A stretch of 64,000 nucleotides of DNA from an uncultured Oscillospiraceae bacterium (GCA_934446465.1 CAKSEF010000001.1:29278-93277); one strand, 5' to 3'. Positions 16,901 to 26,428 are shown, numbered from the stretch's first letter. Program-made: numbers and translations. Notes: generated from the sequence alone by a model not told the origin.

Positions 16901-17677
16901 TTGATACACGGGAAGGTCGAAATATGCGGGGTAAACACTTCCAACCTAAAGGTGCTCACGAATGACGAAACGTGCGACCTGTTAATCAAATACAAAAGCG
17001 GTGATACAGACGCGCGGGACAAGCTCATATCCGGAAATCTCAGGCTTGTTCTCAGCGTTCTTCAAAGATTTTTAAACCGCGGTGAAATGATTGATGATTT
17101 ATTCCAAGTCGGATGCGTAGGTCTTATAAAAGCGATTGATAATTTTGACGTAACGCTCGGCTTACGCCTTTCCACATACGCCGTTCCAATGGTCATCGGC
17201 GAAATACGCCGTTATCTGCGCGACAGCAGTCCAATCCGCGTTTCGCGCTCGATGCGTGATACAGCTTACCGCGCGCTGAACATGAAGGAACAGCTCACAA
17301 ACAAAAACCAAAAGGAGCCCAGTGTTGAGGAAATAGCGAAGGCAATGGACATGAAAACCGAGGATATCGTATTCGCGCTCGACGGAATAATGGACCCTGT
17401 TTCACTTTACGAGCCTGTATATTCGGACTCCGGCGGCGATACGATATGCGTCATGGACCAAGTGGGCGACACAAAAAACACAGACGAAAACTGGCTTGAG
17501 CACATAGCACTTAAGGAGGCAGTATCAAATCTGGGTGAGCGTGAACGCCACATTCTCTCGCTTCGCTTTTTCGACGGAAAAACGCAGACTGAAGTTGCAA
17601 ACGAAATAGGAATCAGTCAGGCACAGGTCTCAAGAATCGAAAAAAGCGCGATAGGAAGAATAAAGAAACAGCTTTAG
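16901..17677 (+). CDS. sigG: Sporulation sigma factor SigG
   Basis: I place the start at TTG 16901 (GGGGGG SD 7 nt upstream), giving LIHGKVEICGVNTSNLKVLTNDE as in SigG/SigF N-termini. Regions 2-4 are present (GNLRLVLSVLQRF, QTEVANEIGISQAQVSRIEK). Confidence 0.9.
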   Translation: MIHGKVEICGVNTSNLKVLTNDETCDLLIKYKSGDTDARDKLISGNLRLVLSVLQRFLNRGEMIDDLFQVGCVGLIKAIDNFDVTLGLRLSTYAVPMVIGEIRRYLRDSSPIRVSRSMRDTAYRALNMKEQLTNKNQKEPSVEEIAKAMDMKTEDIVFALDGIMDPVSLYEPVYSDSGGDTICVMDQVGDTKNTDENWLEHIALKEAVSNLGERERHILSLRFFDGKTQTEVANEIGISQAQVSRIEKSAIGRIKKQL

Positions 17678-18228
17678 TTATTCTTCAGCACAAAGGGTGA
17701 AATGAGCGTTGAAACAACCACCGTTATTATAAACTCAAACAGCATATATCCGCCGTTATAGGTCAGTGAATAGAGCCAGACGGGCATATCCTCTGCATAT
17801 ACGCCCCAAATGAGAATACCGGAAGCAAAGTGGCACAAGAAGCGGAGAAATACCGCAACTGCGGAGCCGACGCCCACACCGACTGTCTTATTCTTAAACA
17901 GTTTTGAAACGGGGTTTGCAACGCTGATAACAGTGAATGCTATTACGTAGTCGAGAAGCACAACCGCCGCAAAATACAGGAATGTAGCTGTGGGAGGCGG
18001 TGCAAAGCCGAGAAGCATCTGGATGAGCGAGTATGCAAAGCACGCGAGCATTCCCCAGCGGAAGTCGCGTATTTTAACGCTCAGAATAACGAGCGGGACC
18101 ATGCTTCCGAGTGTTACCGAGCCGCCGTACGGTGCGTCAAAAAACTTTATAAGCGAGAGCACGGTTGCAAGCGCAACCATTGCGGCGCAGATTGTTATGT
18201 TTCTTGTTTTTTCTTTGGTATTATTCAT
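17674..18228 (-). CDS. thiT: ECF-transporter S component, thiamine-specific (ThiT-like)
   Basis: 184 aa with six TM segments and a ThiT-like pattern (LLDYVIAF ... FLCHFASGILIWGVYA). A TPP riboswitch precedes it. Confidence 0.8.
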   Translation of the reverse strand: MNNTKEKTRNITICAAMVALATVLSLIKFFDAPYGGSVTLGSMVPLVILSVKIRDFRWGMLACFAYSLIQMLLGFAPPPTATFLYFAAVVLLDYVIAFTVISVANPVSKLFKNKTVGVGVGSAVAVFLRFLCHFASGILIWGVYAEDMPVWLYSLTYNGGYMLFEFIITVVVSTLISPFVLKNN

Positions 18229-18249
18229 CTTTATCCTCCTTTAATAACA

Positions 18250-18290
18250 GAAAACACGTTTTGCAGATATGCGCAAAACGTGTTTTTTAG
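18250..18290 (-). terminator. Riboswitch expression-platform terminator
   Basis: On the minus strand: aaaacacgttttgc-gcatatct-gcaaaacgtgtttt followed by CTGTT. It lies between the TPP aptamer and the thiT SD. Confidence 0.75.
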
Positions 18291-18294
18291 TCTT

Positions 18295-18388
18295 TAATCT
18301 TTCCTACGTCGGCATTATCCGCATCAGGTTCATGGGACTCGGGCTTCATTGCCCTCTCTCAGCCGAGAAACACTCAGCACCCCTATTA
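18295..18388 (-). promoter_or_regulatory. TPP (THI-box) riboswitch aptamer
   Basis: The minus strand reads aggggtgctgagtgtttctcggctgagagagggcaatgaagcccgagtcccatgaacctgatgcggataatgccgacgtaggaaag. It contains the conserved GGGGUGC, CUGAGA and ACCUGAU-GGAUAAUGCC-GCG-AGGGAA-like THI elements. Confidence 0.9.
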
Positions 18389-18439
18389 AATTGTGTTAAG
18401 TCTTAACAAGGTAGAGTATATACCACGAAATAAATATTG

Positions 18440-18730
18440 TCAAGCCAAAATTTTCACGCAGACGCACAAAAGCACTGCATTGAGCACGGCAAACAGCGGA
18501 ACGAGTATCCTAAAGCGTGCATGCTTTGTTTTATGTCTGAACACTTCCATGCCCGCCCATGCGCCGATACCTCCGAAAAGGAATGCGCATATGAGAAGCG
18601 ACTTCTCGGAAATACGCCGTTTCCCGCGCTTTGACTTTAATTTATCCGTGCCGTAGAGCGTAAACACCACCGTGTTCCAAACCGCATATGCGGCTGTGCC
18701 AATCCGAAACAGTTCATCCTTGTAAAGCAT
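18440..18730 (-). CDS. DUF1294 family small membrane protein
   Basis: 96 aa: YGTDKLKSKRGKRRISEKSLLICAFLFGGIGAWAGMEVFRHKTKHARF, the signature region of DUF1294. Confidence 0.8.
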   Translation of the reverse strand: MLYKDELFRIGTAAYAVWNTVVFTLYGTDKLKSKRGKRRISEKSLLICAFLFGGIGAWAGMEVFRHKTKHARFRILVPLFAVLNAVLLCVCVKILA

Positions 18731-18735
18731 GGGTT

Positions 18736-19638
18736 CTATCCCCTTCTTTGCAATTTCAGGAGAATTTCATCAAAATACTGCGGGAGATTTGATACAAATT
18801 TCATTCTTTCCCCGCTTCTTGGGTGGGTAAATTCAACCGTTTTGGAGTGCAGGCACTGCCCCTCCAACCCCAGCTTATCACGCGCACCGTAAACCGAGTC
18901 GCCCACGACGGGATGTCCGATATGCGACATATGCACGCGAATCTGATGCGTACGCCCTGTTTCGAGCAGGCACGAAACATATGTAAAACCCGTGTATCTT
19001 TCAATTACGCGCCAATGTGTGATTGCTTCTTTTGAATTGCGATCGGTTACCGTCATTTTTTTGCGGTCGGTTTTATGTCTCCCGATAGGCGCGTTTACCG
19101 TACCGTCTTCCTGTTTAAGGACTCCGTTTACTATTGTGTGATACTCGCGTCTGACCGTATGGGCTTTTATCTGTTCGGCGAGGCTCTTATGGGCAAAATC
19201 TGTTTTTGCCGCAAGCATTAGCCCGCTCGTATTCTTATCGAGTCTGTGGACTATTCCGGGGCGCAATACTCCGTTTATCCCCGACAGAGAATCCCCGCAG
19301 TGTGCCATAAGCGCGTTTACGAGAGTGCCGTCATAGTTCCCCGCAGCGGGGTGAACCACCATTCCCCGTGCCTTATTTATAACGAGCATATCATCGTCCT
19401 CATACACGATGTCGAGCGGAATATCCTGTGCCGTAACGTCGAGTATACGCGGTTCGGGGAGCGTTATTTCTATCTCCTCGCCGCTTGATATCTTATAGTT
19501 CTTTTTACGCGCGGAAACGCCGCCGTTCTCTATGAGAACAGCCGCGGCGTTTCTTGAAATTTCAAGTTTTTCGGCGACAAACACATCAAGGCGTTTTCCG
19601 CTGTCGTGTTCATCTGCCACAAAGCTTTTTCTATCCAT
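18736..19638 (-). CDS. rluD: 23S rRNA pseudouridine synthase, RluA family (RluD-like)
   Basis: N-terminal S4 domain and catalytic motif HRLDKNTSGLMLAAK. Position after lspA matches Bacillus. Confidence 0.9.
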   Translation of the reverse strand: MDRKSFVADEHDSGKRLDVFVAEKLEISRNAAAVLIENGGVSARKKNYKISSGEEIEITLPEPRILDVTAQDIPLDIVYEDDDMLVINKARGMVVHPAAGNYDGTLVNALMAHCGDSLSGINGVLRPGIVHRLDKNTSGLMLAAKTDFAHKSLAEQIKAHTVRREYHTIVNGVLKQEDGTVNAPIGRHKTDRKKMTVTDRNSKEAITHWRVIERYTGFTYVSCLLETGRTHQIRVHMSHIGHPVVGDSVYGARDKLGLEGQCLHSKTVEFTHPRSGERMKFVSNLPQYFDEILLKLQRRG

Positions 19639-20104
19639 CTTTTTTATTCGTCTTACCCTCGTAGAAGAATATCACGTAGATAAAGAACATCACCGCTCCC
19701 ACCGTTACCGCAATATCAGCGACGTTGAACACCGGAAAGTGAATGACAGCAAAATCAAACATATCCACAACCGCGCCGCGGAAGAGTCTGTCGATGAGGT
19801 TTCCTATCGCACCTGCAAGTATAAGCGATATTCCCCATGTTCCCATTCGTGATTTTATCTTGTTTGTAACGAGGACATATGCCATAGCTATACAGGCGAG
19901 AAGCGGAATCATCGTGAGCAGTATCGTTTTACCCTGGAGCATTGAAAACGCCGCACCTGTATTCTCTACATATCTCAGGTTGAACACTCCGCGGACTATT
20001 TCAATTTTCCCGATAGGCTCCAGGAAATTCACCGCCCAAAGCTTTGAGAGTCTGTCCGCAAGGATAATCAGTATTATTGACAGAGATTGCACTAATAACA
20101 ACAA
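19631..20104 (-). CDS. lspA: Lipoprotein signal peptidase II
   Basis: 157 aa with motifs NTGAAFSM, GAIGNLIDR and FNVADIAV. Confidence 0.9.
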   Translation of the reverse strand: MLLLVQSLSIILIILADRLSKLWAVNFLEPIGKIEIVRGVFNLRYVENTGAAFSMLQGKTILLTMIPLLACIAMAYVLVTNKIKSRMGTWGISLILAGAIGNLIDRLFRGAVVDMFDFAVIHFPVFNVADIAVTVGAVMFFIYVIFFYEGKTNKKDG

Positions 20105-20115
20105 TTCCTTTACCT

Positions 20116-22890
20116 CTATCCCTTAACGACTTGCGTGCAGCGCGGGCAAAGCTCCGGATGCTCGGGGTCTGTGCCTGCGTTTTCCGAGAATGTCCAGCAG
20201 CGCGGACACTTTACTCCTCCTGCCTTTGAAACTTTTACCTTAATGCCTTCAAGCTCATCGGCAAGCGAGTCGTCGCGCAGAATCTCAACACCCGAAACAA
20301 TAAATATTTTTGCAAGCTCGTCTTTTTCGCCGTTTATGAAGTCGTACGTCTTGCCCGCGGCGGAAATGGTAACCTTTGCTTCAAGCGATTTTCCTATTTC
20401 GTGGGCCGCTCTTGCTTCTTCAAGCGAGCGGTTCACTATGTCGCGGAGCTCCTCTGTCTTTTGCCACTTCTTTTCAAGCTCATCATCAAAAAGCGAGTCG
20501 ATTGCGTCCGGAATATCGTTAAGAACGACGTTTTCAAGTCTTACTCCGTCGTGATGCGGCATAGCCTTCCATATCTCATCTGCCGTAAATGCAAGAATCG
20601 GAGCAATTATGCGGACAAGTGCGTCAAGTATGCGATAGATAACCGTCTGAGCGCCGAGTCTGCTCATGCTGTCAACTCCGTCGCAATAAAGTCTGTCCTT
20701 TATTGCATCGAGATAGAAGTTTGACATATCAACAACACAGAAATTGTGTACGGAGTGTACGACAATATGGAACTCATAATTGTCATATGCCTCGCGGCAT
20801 TTCTTAACAAGCGAGTTGAGCCTTGAGAGCGCCCACCTGTCCATTTCGCAGAGTTTTTCGGACGGAACGAGCTCGTTCGGATTAAATCCGTTTAAGTTAC
20901 CGAGAATATATCTCGATGTATTTCTGATTTTGAGATACGTATCGGAGAGCTGTTTGAATATAGCGTCCGAGCAGCGCATATCTGCGCGGTAGTCGGCAGA
21001 TGCAGCCCAGAGTCTCAGCACATCGGCTCCGTACTTTGAGATTATTTCTTCAGGGGCAACGCCGTTGCCGAGAGATTTGTGCATTGCACGTCCCTCGCCG
21101 TCAACCGTCCAGCCGTGTGTGAGAACCTGGCGGTACGGGGCTTTTCCGCGGAGTGCAACCGCTGTAAGGAGCGATGACTGAAACCAGCCTCTGTACTGGT
21201 CGGCGCCTTCGAGATACAGGTCTGCGGGCCAGCATTTCGGGGAATCGAGCTCCATAGAGGCTATATGCGTCGAACCTGAATCGAACCAGCCGTCGAGCGT
21301 GTCGGTTTCCTTGAAGAAATGCTTTCCTCCGCAATGCGGACAGGTGTACCCTTCCGGCATAAGCTCTGAGACATCCATTTCAAACCATGCGTTTGAACCT
21401 TTTTCTGCGAATATTTTAGAAATTTTTGCTATTGTTTCATCGTCGCATATGGGCTTTTTGCAATCCTCGCAATAGAATACGGGTATGGGGAGTCCCCAAT
21501 GACGCTGACGGGAAATGCACCAATCCGCACGCTCGCGCACCATCGACACGATTCTGTCGTATCCCCATTCGGGGAGCCAGCTTACGTCTCCGCACGCCTT
21601 AACCGTCTCGTCTTTAAACGCATCTACCGAGCAGAACCACTGGTCTGTCGCTCTGAAAATAATCGGGCCTTTACATCTCCAGCAATGAGGATAGCTATGC
21701 ACTATCTCCTCTGATGCAAACAGGGTGCCCGACTCCTTCATATCGGCGAGAATTACGGGGTTTGACTCTTCGGTCTTCATACCCTCGTATTTTCCCGCAT
21801 AAGCCGTATGGCGTCCGCGGTCATCTACCGGAACTACCATTTCCATGCCGTAGCGGCGGCACGTCTGATAGTCGTCCGCACCAAATCCCGGAGCGGTATG
21901 AACACAGCCTGTTCCCGAATCCATGGTTACATAGTCTGCAAGAACGAGTCTTGACGTTTTATCGAGGAACGGATGCGATGCGAGCATATTTTCAAAAAAC
22001 TCGCCGTTATGGCGTTCGATTATCTCATAGTCCTCAATTCCGCCGACCTTCATTGTCTTTGCAAGGAGCGCCTCGGCGACTATGTAGGTTTCGCCGTTGG
22101 AGGCTTTTGCAAGGACATAGCTTTCTGACGGATTAAGTGCGATGGCGAGGTTTCCGGGGAGCGTCCATATCGTCGTTGTCCAGATGACGAAGAAAAGTTT
22201 ATCGTGGTCTACGTTCGGAAGCTTGCCCAAATCGTCGTTCATCTTAAACTTTACGTAGACGGTTGTGCACGGGTCGTCCCGGTACTCGATTTCGGCTTCT
22301 GCGAGAGCTGTTTCGTCCTTCGAGCACCAATATACGGGCTTAAGCCCCTTATAGATGTAGCCTTTTTTATACATCTGCCCGAAGATTTTCACTTCCTCGG
22401 CTTCAAACTTCGGAGCCATTGTGAGATAAGGCCTGTCCCAATCGCCGATTACGCCGAGGCGTTTGAACTGCTCACGCTGAATATTTACGAAATTTTCGGC
22501 AAATTCACGGCAGGCACTGCGGAACTCAGGGATAGACATGTGCTTGCGGTCGAGCTTATTTTTCTTAATGATTGCGGACTCAATCGGCATTCCGTGGTTA
22601 TCCCATCCCGGTGTATACGGTGCCTTAAATCCCGACATATTTTTATATCTGATTATAAAGTCCTTGAGGCACTTATTCATGGCAGTGCCCATGTGTATGC
22701 TTCCGTTTGAGAACGGAGGCCCGTCATGGAGAACAAACTGCGGTCTTCCTTCGTTTTTCTCCATCAGCTTTTCATATGTACTATTTTCATACCATGATGC
22801 GAGCATATCCGGCTCGCGCTTCGGAAGTCCCGCTCTCATCGGAAATTCCGTTTTCGGTAAATTTATCGTGCTGTTATAATCCTGCGCCAT
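20116..22890 (-). CDS. ileS: Isoleucine--tRNA ligase
   Basis: 924 aa with a class I HIGH-type motif (PFSNGSIHMGTAMNK), a KMSKS-type motif (MHKSLGN), a CP1 editing domain and C-terminal zinc-binding CPRCW ... CPRC. Confidence 0.95.
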   Translation of the reverse strand: MAQDYNSTINLPKTEFPMRAGLPKREPDMLASWYENSTYEKLMEKNEGRPQFVLHDGPPFSNGSIHMGTAMNKCLKDFIIRYKNMSGFKAPYTPGWDNHGMPIESAIIKKNKLDRKHMSIPEFRSACREFAENFVNIQREQFKRLGVIGDWDRPYLTMAPKFEAEEVKIFGQMYKKGYIYKGLKPVYWCSKDETALAEAEIEYRDDPCTTVYVKFKMNDDLGKLPNVDHDKLFFVIWTTTIWTLPGNLAIALNPSESYVLAKASNGETYIVAEALLAKTMKVGGIEDYEIIERHNGEFFENMLASHPFLDKTSRLVLADYVTMDSGTGCVHTAPGFGADDYQTCRRYGMEMVVPVDDRGRHTAYAGKYEGMKTEESNPVILADMKESGTLFASEEIVHSYPHCWRCKGPIIFRATDQWFCSVDAFKDETVKACGDVSWLPEWGYDRIVSMVRERADWCISRQRHWGLPIPVFYCEDCKKPICDDETIAKISKIFAEKGSNAWFEMDVSELMPEGYTCPHCGGKHFFKETDTLDGWFDSGSTHIASMELDSPKCWPADLYLEGADQYRGWFQSSLLTAVALRGKAPYRQVLTHGWTVDGEGRAMHKSLGNGVAPEEIISKYGADVLRLWAASADYRADMRCSDAIFKQLSDTYLKIRNTSRYILGNLNGFNPNELVPSEKLCEMDRWALSRLNSLVKKCREAYDNYEFHIVVHSVHNFCVVDMSNFYLDAIKDRLYCDGVDSMSRLGAQTVIYRILDALVRIIAPILAFTADEIWKAMPHHDGVRLENVVLNDIPDAIDSLFDDELEKKWQKTEELRDIVNRSLEEARAAHEIGKSLEAKVTISAAGKTYDFINGEKDELAKIFIVSGVEILRDDSLADELEGIKVKVSKAGGVKCPRCWTFSENAGTDPEHPELCPRCTQVVKG

Positions 22891-22914
22891 TTAACTGATT
22901 CTCCCTTAGGCTGT

Positions 22915-23676
22915 TTATTTATCGTTTGATATATCGTAATCACGACCGAATTTGAGCTCGGTGAACTCGACTCTGCGGTGCTTTTTCGGCTTTTCCGCTT
23001 CGCGTTCGAGAGCTTCCATTTCTTCTTCCGTGGGTATTTCATTCTGAATAAGGCCGATATCTTTCGTATCGCCCATATCGTCGGCCGTTTCCTGCGGTTC
23101 TTCCTTTGCCGGTTCTTCAGCTGCCGCACTCTCTTCCTGTGCAACCTTTTCCTCGAGGGACTTTGCTATTTCGTCAAGCGTGTCGGACATATCAGCATTT
23201 TCCTCCGCCGCAGCTTCCTCGGGTGCGGTTTCCTCGGCAAGCTTTGAAAGTTTTTCCCTTCCCTCATCGTAAAGGGCTGCAATTTTTGCCATAAATGCAG
23301 ATGTCTGCGACTTTGCCTCTCTTAATTTCTTTTCTTCGTTTTCAACCTGCAGTGTAAGCTCTGCCGCGCGTTTTTTTGCTTCTCCGCTTGCGTTTGCTAT
23401 CATGTCGGCACATTTCTTTTCCGCTTCGGCCACCATTTCATTGGCCATGTTTTGTGCCGTTATAAGAGCCTTGCGCATTGCCTCGTCAACGCTTCTGTAT
23501 TCCTCAACCGTGTCTGCAAGAAGCTTCAGCTTCTTTTTCAGCATGGTATTTTCCTTGAAAAGCTCTGTATAATCATTGGCGACATTTTTGAAAAACTTAT
23601 CGACCTCGACCATATCATAGCCGCCGAAAACGGCCTTATCAAAGCTTATATCCTTAAGCTCGTTAGGAGTGTACAT
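22915..23676 (-). CDS. divIVA: DivIVA-domain cell division/polarity protein
   Basis: N-terminus MYTPNELKDISFDKAVFGGYDMVEVDKFF is followed by a long coiled coil and an acidic tail. Confidence 0.9.
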   Translation of the reverse strand: MYTPNELKDISFDKAVFGGYDMVEVDKFFKNVANDYTELFKENTMLKKKLKLLADTVEEYRSVDEAMRKALITAQNMANEMVAEAEKKCADMIANASGEAKKRAAELTLQVENEEKKLREAKSQTSAFMAKIAALYDEGREKLSKLAEETAPEEAAAEENADMSDTLDEIAKSLEEKVAQEESAAAEEPAKEEPQETADDMGDTKDIGLIQNEIPTEEEMEALEREAEKPKKHRRVEFTELKFGRDYDISNDK

Positions 23677-23694
23677 ATCTTTTCCCTCTTCTCT

Positions 23695-23961
23695 TTATAA
23701 ATAGAAAATTATCGTGCGTATTACATCTATAAGAAGAAACGCAACAAGCACCGACATATCAATCGGGAAGCTCTGCAGCGCGGGAATCTTCCACAAAAGC
23801 TTCCTGATAGGAGAAAGGATAGGTTCTGTCAACATGCAGAGCATATCCATAAACGTTCCTCCGAGCATCGGAAACCACGAAAGAATTGCGCGGGCGACGA
23901 GCACAAGCTCATATACCCGCAGAATCCCGAGCAGAATTGTCTGTAAAATTCTGATTATCAT
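23695..23961 (-). CDS. yggT: YggT family membrane protein
   Basis: ILRVYELVLVARAILSWFP and LTEPILSPIR motifs. The ATG at 23961 (GAGGAA SD) is preferred, but a GTG start at 24003 is possible. Confidence 0.8.
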   Translation of the reverse strand: MIIRILQTILLGILRVYELVLVARAILSWFPMLGGTFMDMLCMLTEPILSPIRKLLWKIPALQSFPIDMSVLVAFLLIDVIRTIIFYL

Positions 23962-24010
23962 CAAATATTCCTCGACTCTTTTCCTGCCTTCGAGCAGGCG
24001 CACTTATTCC

Positions 24011-24445
24011 TTAGAAATAGAGACCGTTATTTTCAAGTTCGTCGATGAGGTCGCCCTTTAAATCAACATTATAGGGTGTAATGATATAGGTGTTATTTGC
24101 GACGCGCTTAATCTGACCGTCATTCGTGTATGCGACTCCGCTCAGGAAATCGAGGATTCGGCGGGCTGCATCCTTGTTTGTCGATTCGAGATTTAAAACG
24201 ACCGTTCTCTTTTCCTTGAGGTGGTCCGCAATCTCGGTTGCGTTCTCGTATCTTTCCGGTTTTACGAGAACTACCTGAAGCTGTGTCGTTGTGTGGATAT
24301 TGACAACGCGGTTATCCCGGCGTGATGCGGAATAAGACACTTCTCTCTTCTTATCTCCGTCGTCGCCCGTGCCGAAGCCCTCAAACTCTTCTTCGTCGTC
24401 TTCTTCTACCTTTGCCCATTCCTTAAACTTTTCCATGAAACCCAT
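24011..24445 (-). CDS. sepF: Cell division protein SepF
   Basis: I place the start at MGFMEKFKEW (AGGAGG SD). An acidic linker precedes the DUF552 core (VVLVKPERYENATEIADHLKEKRTVVLNLE ... AYTNDGQIKRV). Confidence 0.9.
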   Translation of the reverse strand: MGFMEKFKEWAKVEEDDEEEFEGFGTGDDGDKKREVSYSASRRDNRVVNIHTTTQLQVVLVKPERYENATEIADHLKEKRTVVLNLESTNKDAARRILDFLSGVAYTNDGQIKRVANNTYIITPYNVDLKGDLIDELENNGLYF

Positions 24446-24468
24446 AATTCTATTCCTCCTGAAAAATA

Positions 24469-25167
24469 TTATGCGTAATGGCGTGCACCGAATATTCCTG
24501 TTCCTATTCTGACCATATTGGCGCCGCAAAGAATTGCCGTTTTGTAGTCCCCGCTCATACCCATCGACAGGAACTCCATACTAATATTATCGTATTTTTT
24601 TGCTCCAATGTCAACAAATAATTGTTTCATTTTAAGAAAAAAGCTCTTTTGTGTGTCAACATCTTCCGAAATGGGCGGAATTGTCATAAGTCCGCGGACA
24701 CGTATTCCCGGCAACCGCGACGAAAAGTCCGCAAGATTCAGCACCGAATCTATATCCGCTCCGCTCTTGCTTTCTTCGCCGCCTATGTTTACTTCAAGCA
24801 GAATATCCTGAACAATTCCCTGTTTTTCCGCGCATTTTGAAATCTCGTGCGCAAGCTTTTCCGAGTTTACCGATTGAATTAAGCTGACTTTGCCGACGAT
24901 ATATTTTACCTTATTTGTCTGGAGTGTTCCGATAAAGTGCAGAGGACATCCCTCATACGCACCCTGCTCGTATTTCTCCATAAGCTCCTGAACGCGGTTT
25001 TCGCCGCAGACGTCTGCTCCGGCTTCTATCGCCTGACGCACACGCCCGGCGTCATTCATCTTTGTTGCCGCCACAAGTGTTATATCCTTTCCGCTGCGCC
25101 CTGTCTGCCTTGCCGCGACTTCTATTTCCGCACGTATGTGTGCTATGTTTTCCGCAATGCTGTTCAC
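24469..25167 (-). CDS. yggS: YggS/YlmE family pyridoxal-phosphate homeostasis protein
   Basis: 232 aa TIM-barrel PLP protein (VAATKMN, HFIGTLQTNKVK, LSMGMSGDY). Confidence 0.9.
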   Translation of the reverse strand: MNSIAENIAHIRAEIEVAARQTGRSGKDITLVAATKMNDAGRVRQAIEAGADVCGENRVQELMEKYEQGAYEGCPLHFIGTLQTNKVKYIVGKVSLIQSVNSEKLAHEISKCAEKQGIVQDILLEVNIGGEESKSGADIDSVLNLADFSSRLPGIRVRGLMTIPPISEDVDTQKSFFLKMKQLFVDIGAKKYDNISMEFLSMGMSGDYKTAILCGANMVRIGTGIFGARHYA

Positions 25168-25181
25168 AATTCTTCACCCCG

Positions 25182-26405
25182 CTACTTGATTATCTTTTTA
25201 TTTTTCAATTCCTTGCCCGAGACTACTATCTCGTCGTAGAGCAAAAGGGATTTTGTATCAGCCGTATCATAAGCCGCCACATAGTAGCTGTCTTTTTCAA
25301 AAATTATTTTTATCGGCTTAAATTTTATCTGCGACTCTATGAGGCAGTTTACGCCGTTTTGCCCGTCTTCATTCACGCGCAATGCCCGGCGCGGTACTTT
25401 GAGTCCGGAATAGGTGGTTATAACAGCCTCGGCACTCACCTTTCTTGCCCTTGTGAAGTTTCCTATATGAGTATTGCACGAGAATACAATAAGACATTTT
25501 CCGTTTTCGGGTTCTGATATGCGTATTACCTTTCCCTCCGCCGACGGAAGGGACTTGTCCGAAAATTTGAGCTTCATAACTGACTTAAGCGAGAAGCGTG
25601 AAGCGTCATTTTCACTAACCACGGCAGCAAAATACCACTTATTGCTCGTAATAAGCTTTCCGACGGCTCCGCTTTCCGGCTCCGCATAGTTTTTCAGCAT
25701 CTCCTCAAACTCGGACGGTTTAATGCTGTTTATCAGGTTTGAGTTAAGGATTTTCTCATAGCCGTCCGTAGTGTTCGAGAAATATCCCGTTCGCGGTGCG
25801 GTTATGCGTTTTTTTATCGCCCCTGCGTTTCCGAGCGCCGTCCTTTCCTTCTTAAGCTCGTCTATAACGGTCAGAAGCTCGCTTTTGTCGCGATAAACAT
25901 ATTCGCGCAGAAGCGTTTCCGCTTTCAGGTTTTCCGTCGCCGACGATATCCCGTCAAGCATCCCGTCCTGTTCCGCCGAAACAATCTTCATTGCGTATTC
26001 AAAAATCTGCTCATTTATACTGTTTATGTCATATGTTTCCGCGCTTTGTGAATAAAGCGCCGTTATACTCTTTATTTCGCGGTCAAGCTCGGACGCCTTG
26101 TGGCTTTTTTCCGCAGCCGACTCATCCGCATAGACAACGGCAACGGTGCTCCCGTTCGCCGTGCGTTCTCCTTCATACATACTCATTTCGAGAACGCCCG
26201 AGCCCGAATACCCCGCAATAATACTTTCGTCCCGCACAACGCATCCGTCAAGCGGGACGGAATCGTCTACCTCAGTATACACCGCGCTCACAGTCCTTAC
26301 CGGGTTATAAACCGCGCGGTATACCTGATAGCCTATGTACCCGCACAGCAAAAGCCCCAGCACAAATGTTATTATTTTTGATACAGCTCCGTTATTTTTC
26401 ATCAC
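25182..26405 (-). CDS. Membrane-anchored HlyD-like/coiled-coil protein of the division cluster (function unknown)
   Basis: 407 aa with an N-terminal TM segment (IITFVLGLLLCGYIGYQVY), barrel-sandwich-like ends and a central coiled-coil-like region. It is the first gene of the yggS-sepF-yggT-divIVA block. Confidence 0.6.
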   Translation of the reverse strand: MMKNNGAVSKIITFVLGLLLCGYIGYQVYRAVYNPVRTVSAVYTEVDDSVPLDGCVVRDESIIAGYSGSGVLEMSMYEGERTANGSTVAVVYADESAAEKSHKASELDREIKSITALYSQSAETYDINSINEQIFEYAMKIVSAEQDGMLDGISSATENLKAETLLREYVYRDKSELLTVIDELKKERTALGNAGAIKKRITAPRTGYFSNTTDGYEKILNSNLINSIKPSEFEEMLKNYAEPESGAVGKLITSNKWYFAAVVSENDASRFSLKSVMKLKFSDKSLPSAEGKVIRISEPENGKCLIVFSCNTHIGNFTRARKVSAEAVITTYSGLKVPRRALRVNEDGQNGVNCLIESQIKFKPIKIIFEKDSYYVAAYDTADTKSLLLYDEIVVSGKELKNKKIIK

Positions 26406-26428
26406 AGCGCGGGTAAGCTACGGCAGCT

